A stretch of DNA of 63,569 nt from Spirochaetales bacterium (GTDB lineage: Bacteria; Spirochaetota; Spirochaetia; Sphaerochaetales; Sphaerochaetaceae): contig QJZS01000200.1 of assembly GCA_003247345.1 (NCBI GenBank), forward strand, positions 1-63,569. The letters are read 5' to 3'. Both the position numbers and the translations under genes were made by a program. Shown here piece after piece: positions 29,112 to 41,444 of the stretch. Below the pieces are notes generated by a model. The model saw only the letters and a list, made by a program, of their open reading frames with translations. It had not been told where the DNA came from and did not search any database. The first letter of the stretch is position 1. Each line of letters opens with the position of its first letter.

Positions 29112-30065
29112 TTAAAGCTCAAATAGTTCCTGCTCTGGCGCAAGCAACTGATATAAACGTTCCAATTCTTCACTACTGGTAAATGGAATTTCAAGTTTTC
29201 CCTTGTGTAGTGTTCCTTTTATCTCAACCTGTGATCCTACCGCATGAAGAAACTTATCCTCAACCGATATGATATCAGGTGACTTTGCCATACCTTTTTG
29301 AGTACGCTTTTTCTTCGACTGATAAGCGACCCGTTTACCCATATTGAATTGCGAAGCCAACTGCTCGGTTGCGCGAACAGAGAGGTCCTTTTCCAATACG
29401 GCTTTGTATAGAATTTCGCGATCTGCAGGATTCACCACGGAAAGAATAGCCCTTGCTTGACCTGCGCTAAACTTACCATTGAGCAAGTCTTGCTGCATGG
29501 TAGCACTGAGCTGCAACAGCCTGATACTGTTACTGATCGTAGACCTATTCTTTCCCATCCGAGATGCCAACTCTTCCTGGGTGATCCCTGCTTCTTGAAT
29601 AAGATAAGCATAAGCTTTCGCTTCTTCAATCGGATTCAGGTTTTCTCTTTGAATATTTTCAATCAAGGAGACTTCAAGCCTTTGCATCTGAGTGAAATCT
29701 TTTACCAAGACCGGCATCATCTCAAGTCCTGCAAGTTTGGCTGCTCGATAACGCCTCTCTCCTGCTACAATGCTATAAGAGCCTGGAGCAATCTCTTCGA
29801 CCAATATAGGCTGAAGTACCCCTTCCCTCTTTATAGAGAAAGACAGCTCTTCCAGTGCATCCTGATTAAAATCTTTTCTTGGTTGATTCGGGTTAGCTCT
29901 TATCTGATCAAGTGGAACCTGAAGTACCCGCTCCCCCTTCTCTTCCGGAGTAGGGGAGGAGGAAAGACTGAGGGCTGTATCCAACACGGAATCAAAAGAG
30001 TAATCCTGCATCAAGGATCCAATTCCTTTTCCAAGTCCACGTTTTTTATTTACGTCGTTCGACAC
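29112..30065 (-). CDS. parB: ParB/Spo0J chromosome partition protein
   Basis: N-terminal RGLGKG peptide, NPNQPRK, GVLQPI, AGERRYRA, ENIQRENL, HTH. Confidence 0.97.
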   Translation of the reverse strand: MSNDVNKKRGLGKGIGSLMQDYSFDSVLDTALSLSSSPTPEEKGERVLQVPLDQIRANPNQPRKDFNQDALEELSFSIKREGVLQPILVEEIAPGSYSIVAGERRYRAAKLAGLEMMPVLVKDFTQMQRLEVSLIENIQRENLNPIEEAKAYAYLIQEAGITQEELASRMGKNRSTISNSIRLLQLSATMQQDLLNGKFSAGQARAILSVVNPADREILYKAVLEKDLSVRATEQLASQFNMGKRVAYQSKKKRTQKGMAKSPDIISVEDKFLHAVGSQVEIKGTLHKGKLEIPFTSSEELERLYQLLAPEQELFEL

Positions 30066-30816
30066 GTTTGATTACCTCCTTCGCCAAATCTTTATATGAT
30101 TTTGCTCCCTTGCTAGCACCATCGTATATTGAGATTGGCATACCATGCGAAGGGGCTTCTGCCAATCTAATGTTCCTTGGGATTATTGTCTTAAATGCCA
30201 ACGCGGGAAAGAATGAACTAACATCCTCAACAACTTCGTTGGAAAGTTTAGTACGCTTAACGTACATGGTAAAAAGAATACCCAGGACATCCAAATCAGG
30301 ATTAAGGGATTTCTTCATGTTGCCAATCGTTCTCATCAAAAGGTTCAAGCCTTCCATTGCAAGGTATTCGCATTGCATTGGAATAATAACTTGTTTGGCC
30401 CATGCCATTGCATTGACCGTGACCAACCCCAATGATGGTGGGCAGTCAGCAAGAATGTAATCCCATTCCGGTTCCAGGGGACTAAGCATTTTTTTCAAAA
30501 AGAACTCTCTCTGTTCTTCTTCAACCAACTCAATATTCAAACCAGCCATATTGATATTACTTGGTATGACAAATAAATTTTTCACTGAGGACTGTTGCAC
30601 TGTTTCAGCGGCATTACATTGCCCAGCGATCAATTCATAGATTCCAGGCTTTCTCCCATCTATAGAAGTAGCACTCGTCAAATTGCTTTGGGCATCCAAG
30701 TCAACAAGGAGAACTTTCTTACCTTGTTGTGCTAGGGCTGCTCCCAAATTCACTGCAGAGGTAGTTTTTCCTACCCCCCCTTTTTGATTTAAAAACAGTA
30801 TTGTATGTGCACTCAT
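30046..30816 (-). CDS. parA: ParA/Soj ATPase
   Basis: NQKGGVGKTT, DCPPSLG, IPRNIRLAEAPSHG; ATG 30816 lies 6 nt after ATGACA-17-TATAGT. Confidence 0.97.
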   Translation of the reverse strand: MSAHTILFLNQKGGVGKTTSAVNLGAALAQQGKKVLLVDLDAQSNLTSATSIDGRKPGIYELIAGQCNAAETVQQSSVKNLFVIPSNINMAGLNIELVEEEQREFFLKKMLSPLEPEWDYILADCPPSLGLVTVNAMAWAKQVIIPMQCEYLAMEGLNLLMRTIGNMKKSLNPDLDVLGILFTMYVKRTKLSNEVVEDVSSFFPALAFKTIIPRNIRLAEAPSHGMPISIYDGASKGAKSYKDLAKEVIKRVERRK

Positions 30817-30924
30817 ATTGCTACTATACGTAATAAATTGATTCATGTCATCTAAAAAGGTTATATGCTTGACCCTTCTGAACCTCTATAGTATCTTCAA
30901 GATACCCAGTGGAGGATAATAACT

Positions 30925-31152
30925 ATGGAAGATAAAGTCAGAAAGGCAATCGAGGATATCAGACCTTCATTGCAAAATGACGGTGGAGATATCGAATTCG
31001 TTAGCTTGGTTGGCAATGATGTAAGCGTACGCTTGGTTGGAGCTTGTGCAGGCTGCCCGATGTCTCAGATGACTCTAAAAGGTGGCGTTGAGCGTTACCT
31101 CAGAAATTTTGTCGATCCTAATCTGAACGTAATTAATACCCCAGATTTATAA
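30925..31152 (+). CDS. NifU C-terminal-domain (Nfu-type) Fe-S carrier
   Basis: IRPSLQNDGGDIE, GACAGCPMSQMTLK; GGAGG SD. Confidence 0.92.
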   Translation: MEDKVRKAIEDIRPSLQNDGGDIEFVSLVGNDVSVRLVGACAGCPMSQMTLKGGVERYLRNFVDPNLNVINTPDL

Positions 31153-31175
31153 GATCAGGCATTCTGTCTTCGTAC

Positions 31176-31210
31176 CGTCTCACGTGAATTATTTACGTGA
31201 GACGTTTTTT
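31176..31210 (+). terminator. Intrinsic terminator of nifU
   Basis: CGTCTCACGTGAA..TTTACGTGAGACG followed by TTTTTT. Confidence 0.75.
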
Positions 31211-31241
31211 ATTCGCCAAATATTCTAATTTATCTCTTCCA

Positions 31242-31257
31242 TGTTTCACGTGAAACA
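31242..31257. other. parS site
   Basis: Perfect TGTTTCACGTGAAACA. Confidence 0.95.
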
Positions 31258-31365
31258 TTTTGAAAAAGCAAACCAAACCCCTAACGAAAGATTGCTAAAG
31301 GCTACGCTCATTTTTCCATTTGTTATTCTCTATCGTTTTCTATTTTCAAAGCTATAGGAGTCGTA

Positions 31366-31381
31366 TGTTTCACGTGAAACA
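31366..31381. other. parS site
   Basis: Perfect TGTTTCACGTGAAACA. Confidence 0.95.
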
Positions 31382-31801
31382 CAATCAAATGAATCACAGC
31401 ATCACCCATACCAAAAGCTTTCAAACAGACCAACCCATTTACACAGCAAAACTGTCCTGCTGATCCTTTACACTGTATCTTGTTTCTTTCTTTCTCTTCT
31501 ATAGTTTGCTTACTGGATGAATACTAAATATGGTAACGACAACAGAATTTAGGAATCCTGAATAATTCATAATTCCAGAATATTCATTAACCCAGGGTGG
31601 TATCGTATAAACTAAAAAACCTTCACTCAACCCCAAAGGCAATACAATCATTTGAATTTCAATGGTGGCAGATTTTCATATAAAAAATACGAAACGCATA
31701 AGACATATAGCAAGCCGATACAAAAATTCATGACACAGAAAGTTTTTCAAATATGCACCACAATGAACAACCAAAAAAGATTGCATAAAAATTCAACATA
31801 G

Positions 31802-31817
31802 AGTTTCACGTGAAACA
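31802..31817. other. parS site
   Basis: AGTTTCACGTGAAACA (15/16). Confidence 0.92.
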
Positions 31818-32122
31818 TCACTAAAGAGTTGTGAGCAGTTCGATTCTTTTCCCACAATTTATATCACTTTCGATTTCTCCCTATAGCAATGTATATGCAT
31901 AACAATCTTTCCCAACTCTTAGTAAAATCAATTTCAAACAAAGGGCTGAAAAACAAAAGAACTTTCTGTTTCAAGCAAACCAACCGATCTATTGTTCATG
32001 GTGCTCGTGCCATTCTTTAATACAAACTTTACTCCATAGTCGATTGGTGAATTAGAAGCTCAATCCAAATTTACCAATAAAGGTTAACCAAATAGTCATT
32101 CTCGATAGTTAGAAGGCTTATA

Positions 32123-32138
32123 GGTTTCACGTGAAACA
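32123..32138. other. parS site
   Basis: GGTTTCACGTGAAACA (15/16). Confidence 0.92.
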
Positions 32139-32309
32139 ATACTCTTTACTTGATTCACTTTCCAATCCTCTTGGTTTTTTCACTTTAAATTTTTAGAGTT
32201 TTCCAAAATAGCCAAAAACTGCAAATAGATGCACCAGATGCAGGTATTTAATCTAAAGTTTCTATATATAGAAACAGAATCGTGTGGGTAAAGTCACCGT
32301 CTTTTGGGT

Positions 32310-32343
32310 AAAAAAGAGGTCGTTCCAAACTCTTGGAACGACC
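32310..32343 (-). terminator. gyrA intrinsic terminator
   Basis: GGTCGTTCCAA-ACTC-TTGGAACGACC hairpin; the plus-strand A-run is the minus-strand U tail. Confidence 0.85.
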
Positions 32344-32368
32344 CTTATATTAGTACTTAACAGATGTT

Positions 32369-34936
32369 TTATTCGTTGTCTGAATCGTCAATTACATCCT
32401 CTTCAGATTGCTCTTCATCTGGATTTACCTCGTCATCCGCTTCGTTGTCAGCTTCGTCCTCAGGATTGGGGGCATCAGGGATCTCTACCTCTTCCTCTTC
32501 ATCCTTTTCAGTTGATGCAATGGCAACGATGGAATCCTTGTTAAATTTCATCGATACAACGCGTACACCTGCAGCATTTCTTCCTTGGATGGAAATTGCA
32601 TCACAATGAACTCTCAGCGTTTGTCCCATCAAAGTGACACACACTACATCAAATTCATCATTGACGCCCAACACACCCACGATATACGTAGCTTTAGTAC
32701 CTAATCGGAAGATCTTCTGACCTTGTGTTGCACGTTTATGTACATTGAAACTATCGAAGGTTACCTGTTTACCTTGTCCATTCTCGGTAATCATGAGGAT
32801 TCGTTTGGTATCATCCACCTTCAAAAGTCCTGCAACTTTATCATCATTGATCAGCTTGATGCCTCTTACACCGCGGCTTGCACGCCCCATTGCACGAACA
32901 TCTTCTTCACTGAATCTTAAGCCACGACCCATTTTGGTAATCAACATGACATCGTCGCCTTCCTGAACCAATTCACAACTCAGTAGTTCATCACCTTCAT
33001 CGAGAAACAGAGCCCTGATACCACGAATCTTGGCGTTGACAAAGTTAGAAAGCGATACCTTCTTCACCACACCCTCACGGGTAGCCATCATGAGGTAATG
33101 ATCCTCACTGAACTCCTTGAAGTTGATGATTGAAGTAATCTTTTCTGTTGTTTCCAACTGCAGGATGTTTTTGATACTCGTACCTTTCGCTGTTTTGGTA
33201 GCTTCAGGAATCTGGAATACCTTAGTGTAATACGCCTTACCGGCATTGGTAACGAACATTACATACTCATGAGTAGAAGCAACAAACATATGGTCGACAA
33301 AGTCTCCATCCTGAAGTTTGGTAGTTCTTGTCCCCTTGCCTGCACGGCCGTGTGCATCATATTCCTCAGTAGGGATACGTTTCACAAAGCCCTTGTTGCT
33401 GATCAGAACTACAACATTCTCTTCCTTGATAAAATCTTCATCGGTAGCCTGGCCAAGTTCCTCACGGGTAATCCGGGTTAACCTTCTATCCTTAGGAGCC
33501 ATGGAAGCAGGTAAGCCACGAACTTCCTCTTTTACAACTCCCAAGATTTTCTGCTCGTCTGCAAGCAATTCCTGGTAATAGGCAATCTTCTGTTCAAGAT
33601 CAGCCAACTCTTCAAGAATTTTAGAAGTTTCCAGATGGCTCAATCTGCCAAGCTTCATATCGATGATAGCCTGAGCTTGTATGTCATCGAGACCGAATCG
33701 AGCAATCAAACGATTTGCAGCGATGGTATTATCATCAGAATCCTTGATAATCTGGATTACCTCATCGATATTGTCCAGACCAATCTTCAGACCAAGCAAA
33801 ATATGCTCACGCTCTTTGGCTTTCTTCAAATCATAGCGGGTTCTTCTGGTTACTACTTCCTCACGGTGCTGAATGTAATAGGTCAGCATATCCTTGAGAG
33901 TCAGCAACTGAGGCCTGCCATTAACCAAAGCAAGGTTGTTCACGTTGAAATTGGACTGCAAAGCGGTTCTGGCAAACAGCTGATTCAATACAACCATTGG
34001 CTCAGAGCCCATCTTCAACTCAATAACAATACGAATACCGTTACGGTCCGATTCGTCACGAACCGTACTGATCATAGGAATTGCGCCGTCTTTACGGAGA
34101 TCATCAATCTTCTTGACAAGATCTGCCTTATTCACCTGATAGGGAATTTCGGTGAATATAATTTGGTCATGCCCACGATCACTCTCTTCGATCTCGTATA
34201 TGGAACGAACAACTATCTTACCTTTACCGGTAGTAAAGGCATCTCTGACGCCATTCAATCCACAAATCACTCCACCGGAGGGAAAATCAGGTCCCTTGAT
34301 GTATTCCATAAGTTCGTCAATGGTAATATCAGGATTATCAATGACAGCGCAAACAGCATCAGAAATTTCTTGTAGGTTATGGGGAGCCATATTGGTTGCC
34401 ATGCCTACGGCGATACCACTGCTTCCGTTGGCTAGTAGGAAGGGGAAAGACCCCGGCAATACCAACGGTTCCTGCATTGAATCATCATAGTTCGGACCGA
34501 AATCTACTGTCTCCTTTTGGATATCCTGGAGCATCTCCTCACCGATACGGCTCATCTTGGCTTCCGTATATCGCATTGCTGCTGCCGGATCACCATCAAT
34601 CGATCCAAAGTTACCTTGGGGATTCACCACAGGGTATCTCAGTGAGAAATCTTGAGCCAAGCGAACCAAGGCATCATATACCGAGGCATCACCATGCGGA
34701 TGGTACTTACCAAGTACGTCACCTACAATACGAGCACACTTCTTATAAGATGAGTTAGCCCTAAGGCCCATCTCAAACATATCAAAGAGGATTCTTCTGT
34801 GGACTGGTTTCAGTCCGTCACGAACATCAGGTAAAGCCCTGCTGACAATGACGGACATGGCGTAGTTGAGATACGAAGTGCGCATCTCCTTAGCCACGTC
34901 TACAATTATCGTCCTGTTTTCGTTTACTTCTTCCAC
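32369..34936 (-). CDS. gyrA: DNA gyrase subunit A
   Basis: [29 protein letters not shown], beta-pinwheel C-terminal domain, acidic tail. Confidence 0.98.
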   Translation of the reverse strand: MEEVNENRTIIVDVAKEMRTSYLNYAMSVIVSRALPDVRDGLKPVHRRILFDMFEMGLRANSSYKKCARIVGDVLGKYHPHGDASVYDALVRLAQDFSLRYPVVNPQGNFGSIDGDPAAAMRYTEAKMSRIGEEMLQDIQKETVDFGPNYDDSMQEPLVLPGSFPFLLANGSSGIAVGMATNMAPHNLQEISDAVCAVIDNPDITIDELMEYIKGPDFPSGGVICGLNGVRDAFTTGKGKIVVRSIYEIEESDRGHDQIIFTEIPYQVNKADLVKKIDDLRKDGAIPMISTVRDESDRNGIRIVIELKMGSEPMVVLNQLFARTALQSNFNVNNLALVNGRPQLLTLKDMLTYYIQHREEVVTRRTRYDLKKAKEREHILLGLKIGLDNIDEVIQIIKDSDDNTIAANRLIARFGLDDIQAQAIIDMKLGRLSHLETSKILEELADLEQKIAYYQELLADEQKILGVVKEEVRGLPASMAPKDRRLTRITREELGQATDEDFIKEENVVVLISNKGFVKRIPTEEYDAHGRAGKGTRTTKLQDGDFVDHMFVASTHEYVMFVTNAGKAYYTKVFQIPEATKTAKGTSIKNILQLETTEKITSIINFKEFSEDHYLMMATREGVVKKVSLSNFVNAKIRGIRALFLDEGDELLSCELVQEGDDVMLITKMGRGLRFSEEDVRAMGRASRGVRGIKLINDDKVAGLLKVDDTKRILMITENGQGKQVTFDSFNVHKRATQGQKIFRLGTKATYIVGVLGVNDEFDVVCVTLMGQTLRVHCDAISIQGRNAAGVRVVSMKFNKDSIVAIASTEKDEEEEVEIPDAPNPEDEADNEADDEVNPDEEQSEEDVIDDSDNE

Positions 34937-34951
34937 GATTTTATCCTTTTA

Positions 34952-36991
<2,040 letters not shown>

Positions 36992-37039
36992 TTATATCCT
37001 TATGTAATAATAAAAAAATACTTTTGCCAATTCTTACCA

Positions 37040-37068
37040 ATTATATCAAAAATTATAAGGAGTTGCAA
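37040..37068 (-). promoter_or_regulatory. gyrB promoter (TTGCAA-17-TATAAT, extended -10)
   Basis: Direct motif match on the minus strand. Confidence 0.75.
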
Positions 37069-37152
37069 GCTTGGATAGTAAATACATCCAATTTATTATT
37101 TCTTTCATTGTATATATTTATTTTTTAGTGAAAGTCTCTTGTCATACAATAC

Positions 37153-37181
37153 TTGCACCGCCTTACACTACAGGGTAAAAT
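37153..37181 (+). promoter_or_regulatory. dnaA promoter (TTGCAC-17-TAAAAT), 6 nt before the ATG
   Basis: Direct motif match; no SD. Confidence 0.75.
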
Positions 37182-37187
37182 GGCCGC

Positions 37188-38612
37188 ATGAGCGATACAC
37201 ATACAACTTATTTTGAGTTCTGGCAGGAGACCGCCTCCCGAATAAAAGAGACGCTTCCAGAACAAGAATTCCATACGTGGTTTAACAGGATAGCCTACCT
37301 TCGATCTGAAGATCGAAAGGTAATACTTGCCGTTGCAAGCCAGTTTATTTTGGATACAGTGATATCCCGATACAGGGATATGATACGTAATACATTGATA
37401 GAATTAACCGGAGAGGACATCAATGTGGTGTTCGAGATTGTTTCGCGTTCAGAAATTGAACAAATCCAGAAACCACATAAAATGGAAGAGGAAAAATCAG
37501 AAGCAAAACCGGTAGTTCAAATACAACCAGCTTCAAGGGCAATCAGTGATGAAAAAGCATTGAAGATGAAAAAGGATTGCAATCTCAATCCTTCCTATGA
37601 ATTCAACAACTTTGTCATTGGGGATAATTCAGCCTTTGCTTATAATGCAAGTCTGGCCATAGCCAAAAACCCGGGGGTCAGCTACAACCCATGCCTTATC
37701 TATGGGGGTGTAGGACTTGGTAAGACACACTTACTAACTTCCATAGGAAACTACATCATCAACAACACTCCTGAACTGAAAGTAATGTATGTGACCGCCG
37801 AGATGTTTACCAATGAATTCATAGAATCCATCGGATCTCAGAAAACACAGCAATTCAAGAACAAATTTAGGAAGGTGGATGTACTGCTCATAGACGACAT
37901 CCACTTCCTCCAAGGAAAAGACAGTACCCAGGAAGAACTCTTCCACACCTTCAACAATTTATATGATTCCAAAAAGCAGATGGTATTCACCTGTGACCGC
38001 CCGATCAAGGAATTGAAAAATATTACCGACCGTCTCAGCAGCAGATTCGAACGTGGCCTCAATGTAGATCTGCAACCACCAAACTATGAAACACGAATGG
38101 CTATCCTTAAAAAGAAGATTGCCGAACGTGGAAGTTCAATCAGCGAAGAGATTCTCAATTACATATCTACCAATGTATGTACGAATGTTAGGGACCTGGA
38201 AGCTGCATTGACAAAATTGATTGCTTACAGCGAATTGCTTGGTCAGGAAATATCATTTGAGAAAGCAAAAGAGCTTCTAGGTATCCTACCATCGTTGGCA
38301 GCTAACTCAAACCAAACCCTCTCTATTGATACTATCATCAAAGTAGTAGGTGAATATTTCAACGTCAGTAGCTTTGAGATCAAAGGAAAGAAAAAGAACA
38401 AATCCCTTATTCAGCCTCGTCAGATTGCCATGTTCCTTTCCCGAGAGATTACCGAATTTTCCACGACCGAAATTGGAACCGAATTCGGAGGAAGAGACCA
38501 TACCACCGTTATGCATGCTCATGATCGTATAGAATCCTTGATGAAAGGAGATGAAGCATTTGCAAACACTATTCTAAAATTGAAGAGGGACTTAACAAAT
38601 GGTAAGAAGTAG
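37188..38612 (+). CDS. dnaA: Chromosomal replication initiator DnaA
   Basis: YNPCLIYGGVGLGKTHL, LLIDDIHF, NVRDLE, RQIAM..FGGRDHTTVMH. Confidence 0.99.
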   Translation: MSDTHTTYFEFWQETASRIKETLPEQEFHTWFNRIAYLRSEDRKVILAVASQFILDTVISRYRDMIRNTLIELTGEDINVVFEIVSRSEIEQIQKPHKMEEEKSEAKPVVQIQPASRAISDEKALKMKKDCNLNPSYEFNNFVIGDNSAFAYNASLAIAKNPGVSYNPCLIYGGVGLGKTHLLTSIGNYIINNTPELKVMYVTAEMFTNEFIESIGSQKTQQFKNKFRKVDVLLIDDIHFLQGKDSTQEELFHTFNNLYDSKKQMVFTCDRPIKELKNITDRLSSRFERGLNVDLQPPNYETRMAILKKKIAERGSSISEEILNYISTNVCTNVRDLEAALTKLIAYSELLGQEISFEKAKELLGILPSLAANSNQTLSIDTIIKVVGEYFNVSSFEIKGKKKNKSLIQPRQIAMFLSREITEFSTTEIGTEFGGRDHTTVMHAHDRIESLMKGDEAFANTILKLKRDLTNGKK

Positions 38613-38828
38613 TTTCTTGTGGATAGCTTTAGGATAAATTGTGGATAAGTTACTAAACTTGTGGATAGAGGATTTTTCCTTGTGGAAGAAATGTGGGCAA
38701 GATTAAAAGTTATCCACAAGATGAAAATAATTAAGCAGTGATTGTATAACAAATTAAAAAGTTATCCACAAAATCTATGCTATTATTACTATTATTACTG
38801 TATATTTTAATAATCTAGGAGTATTAAG
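38613..38828. other. oriC: DnaA-box cluster plus DnaA-trio/AT-rich unwinding element
   Basis: Boxes TGTGGATAG 38618, TGTGGATAA 38640, TGTGGATAG 38660, degenerate boxes at 38681 and 38692, TTATCCACA 38710 and 38762; then (TATTATTAC)2 at 38781-38798. Confidence 0.9.
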
Positions 38829-39935
38829 ATGAAATTCGTCTGCAGCAAAGAAACCATACTTTCAGAAATCATATATTCAATGGATTTTACCAGCCAAAGA
38901 AATTCTCTTTCGATTACCTCAAATGTTTATTTAGAAACCTCTGATGGAAGACTTATCATCAGAGCGACTGACCAAAAATTAGGTTTTAGTACAGAAATTG
39001 CTGTAGAAACAATTGAAGCTGGTAAAACTACTGTTTCTTGTGAAAAGTTTTTAAATATACTTCGTTCCCTTCCTGAGTCCTCCATTAAATTCTCGGTCGA
39101 GGACGGAATGCTTACTATAAAGCCAGAAAGCCTGAGTATTGATTTCAAACTCAGGACCATTGATGCAGATGAATTTCCTCAATTGGAAGAAGCTACTGAT
39201 GCTCAGTATTTCAGCATTCCACAGAAGACCTTTACGGAAATGTCAAATCAAACGATATTTGCCATTAGTGAAGACGAAACACGATATTTTCTCTGCGGTC
39301 TATACCTCGAACGAAATGCAAGCGGAATGAATATGGTTGCAACCGATGGCAGAAGACTTTCCATCGTTGAAAGAACCTTTGAAGAGGACCTTCCAATGTT
39401 TCCTTCCATCATAATTCCTGCAAAGTTTTTCAATGAACTTAAAAAACTTTCGACTGATGAAGGTATGTTGGATCTTTCCATCACTGAAAACATCATGTTT
39501 GCAAAAATCGGACAACGTTTGTTCTACACTACTTTGATTAAAGGCCAGTATCCGAATTACAGAAGAGTCATCCCCGACTCACAGACATACAGCTGCACCA
39601 TGAGAATTCAAGACATGCTCGATGCATTAAAACGTGTATCTCTGTTGGTTGAAAACAAAGCAAAACGAATTTTTCTGGATATCAGCGAAGCTGGAGTGTT
39701 GCTTACCAGTGATGAATCAGAAGTAGGAGAAGCAAAAGAAATAATCGCTTGTCAGTATGAAGGTCCAGAAAGTAAAGTTTCCTTGAACTATACGTACTTA
39801 CTGAATCCTCTTAAGGCAATGGAAGGAGAATATTTCTCCATCAATTTCACTGAACCAACAAGAGCTATGACAGTAAAACCTGATAGTAACAGGGATTACT
39901 ATCATATTATCATGCCAATGCAACCTAATGCCTAA
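38829..39935 (+). CDS. dnaN: DNA polymerase III beta clamp
   Basis: RATD, VATDGRRL, YPNYRRVIP, IIMPM. Confidence 0.98.
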   Translation: MKFVCSKETILSEIIYSMDFTSQRNSLSITSNVYLETSDGRLIIRATDQKLGFSTEIAVETIEAGKTTVSCEKFLNILRSLPESSIKFSVEDGMLTIKPESLSIDFKLRTIDADEFPQLEEATDAQYFSIPQKTFTEMSNQTIFAISEDETRYFLCGLYLERNASGMNMVATDGRRLSIVERTFEEDLPMFPSIIIPAKFFNELKKLSTDEGMLDLSITENIMFAKIGQRLFYTTLIKGQYPNYRRVIPDSQTYSCTMRIQDMLDALKRVSLLVENKAKRIFLDISEAGVLLTSDESEVGEAKEIIACQYEGPESKVSLNYTYLLNPLKAMEGEYFSINFTEPTRAMTVKPDSNRDYYHIIMPMQPNA

Positions 39936-41026
39936 TGCGCTTTACTCAGCTTTGGACTAATCAATTTAGAAATCTTGTCAGTGAGAAAATACCTGTCGAT
40001 AACCGGCAGGTATTCCTCATTGGGCCCAATGGCCAGGGAAAGACGAATCTTCTTGAGGCTATTTATACGCTTTGCTATGGCTCTTCTTTCAGAACCAATC
40101 AACTAAGAGAATTGGCAACTCACAAGGAGAAAGATTTTAAGCTTGAAGGCTTGTATCAAGATGATGACGGACTAAGCCACTCTTTGGTGCTTGAATACAA
40201 GGATTTAAAACGAAGAGTACAGCTTGATGGTCGTGAGATAAAAGACAGAAAGGAATTGATTTACAACATTCCTTGCATTGTTTTCAGCCACGATGATATT
40301 TTTTTTGTGAATGGAGAACCTGAACAACGAAGAAGGTTTTTTGATCAGACAATGAGTATGTATAATCCTTTGTTCTTTGATGATTTAAGGAGGTATCGCT
40401 TAATTCTCAAACAGAGAAACCTCGCAATCAAGGAACAAAGATTTGATCTTCTACCCATCTATGATATCCAATTGGCTACCTATGGCATTGCCATACAACA
40501 GGAACGAACTCGAGCTACGTATGAATTTGATCAGATTTTTCCAGATATGTACCGATCAGTATCATCACAGGATATTGAGGTTCATATTACCTATCAGCCT
40601 TCTTGGAGCGAATGTGCGACGAAGGAAGAGGTAGTTGAATATCTTGAGAGAACAAGAAGTCGAGACCTCAATTTGATGACAACCACCAGCGGTATTCATC
40701 GTGACCGGTTCATGGTCACTGAGGGTGAACATAATTTTTCACAAACCGGTTCTACCGGGCAACTTCGATTGGCTTCATTGATTTTCAGGACTGCTCAGAT
40801 GGCATTCTTCGAAAAGAAAACGGGAAAATCACCTTTGATTCTCGTTGATGACGTGCTGCTGGAACTTGATCATAGAAGGCGTGAGCAATTTTTAACGTTG
40901 ATGGAGTCCTATAGTCAGGCATTTTTTACATTCTTGCCGGAAGAACATTATTTTGCCTCACTAGCAGATGAAGAAGCTTTGCTATATACTGTCCAAGAAG
41001 GACGGTTTACGAAGTATGAAGGATAA
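39935..41026 (+). CDS. recF: DNA replication/repair protein RecF
   Basis: FRNL, GPNGQGKTNLLEAI, GIHRD, GSTGQ, LVDDVLLELD. Confidence 0.96.
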   Translation: MRFTQLWTNQFRNLVSEKIPVDNRQVFLIGPNGQGKTNLLEAIYTLCYGSSFRTNQLRELATHKEKDFKLEGLYQDDDGLSHSLVLEYKDLKRRVQLDGREIKDRKELIYNIPCIVFSHDDIFFVNGEPEQRRRFFDQTMSMYNPLFFDDLRRYRLILKQRNLAIKEQRFDLLPIYDIQLATYGIAIQQERTRATYEFDQIFPDMYRSVSSQDIEVHITYQPSWSECATKEEVVEYLERTRSRDLNLMTTTSGIHRDRFMVTEGEHNFSQTGSTGQLRLASLIFRTAQMAFFEKKTGKSPLILVDDVLLELDHRRREQFLTLMESYSQAFFTFLPEEHYFASLADEEALLYTVQEGRFTKYEG

Positions 41027-41336
41027 TAAGTCCAGGTTGTGCAAGGAAGGAGAACCTTTGGAAGCAAAGAAGGTGCTTGACTATGTACTTCGTGGTCTTG
41101 ATATCAAGACTGACAATCCCCAATCGGCAATTGGATTTGAGTGGCAGAAAATCATTGGCAATAGATTGTATGCCCATGTTAAGATTATTGAAATTAAGAA
41201 TACTACTTTGATTCTTAGAGCGGATCACCCTTCATGGGCTCAAATTACTTTGATGCAACAAAAAAAGATAATTGCATCAATCAATAAGAAGTATCCCTCT
41301 CTAGGCATAAAGAGTATTCACATGATAAATTCTTAG
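41016..41336 (+). CDS. dciA: DUF721 / DciA family protein
   Basis: WQKIIG...LILRADHPSWAQ pattern; canonical position after recF. Confidence 0.8.
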   Translation: MKDNKSRLCKEGEPLEAKKVLDYVLRGLDIKTDNPQSAIGFEWQKIIGNRLYAHVKIIEIKNTTLILRADHPSWAQITLMQQKKIIASINKKYPSLGIKSIHMINS

Positions 41337-41340
41337 TTAC

Positions 41341-41369
41341 TTGACGTAACGAGTCTTGGTCTATATACT
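41341..41369 (+). promoter_or_regulatory. rpmH operon promoter (TTGACG-17-TATACT)
   Basis: Near-consensus hexamers. Confidence 0.8.
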
Positions 41370-41444
41370 GCACCACTCGGGGGACTATCCTCCGTTGAAG
41401 TAGAAAATATCCGCTTTAAGCGATGTAAAATTGGAGAATATCTC

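Noticed and set aside
31242-32138. Repeated 16-mers as a CRISPR array
   Set aside because: Spacing is irregular (124, 436 and 321 bp), the repeats are too short and match parS, and there are no cas genes.
32283-32291. Single one-mismatch DnaA box TGTGGGTAA
   Set aside because: Isolated, and expected by chance.
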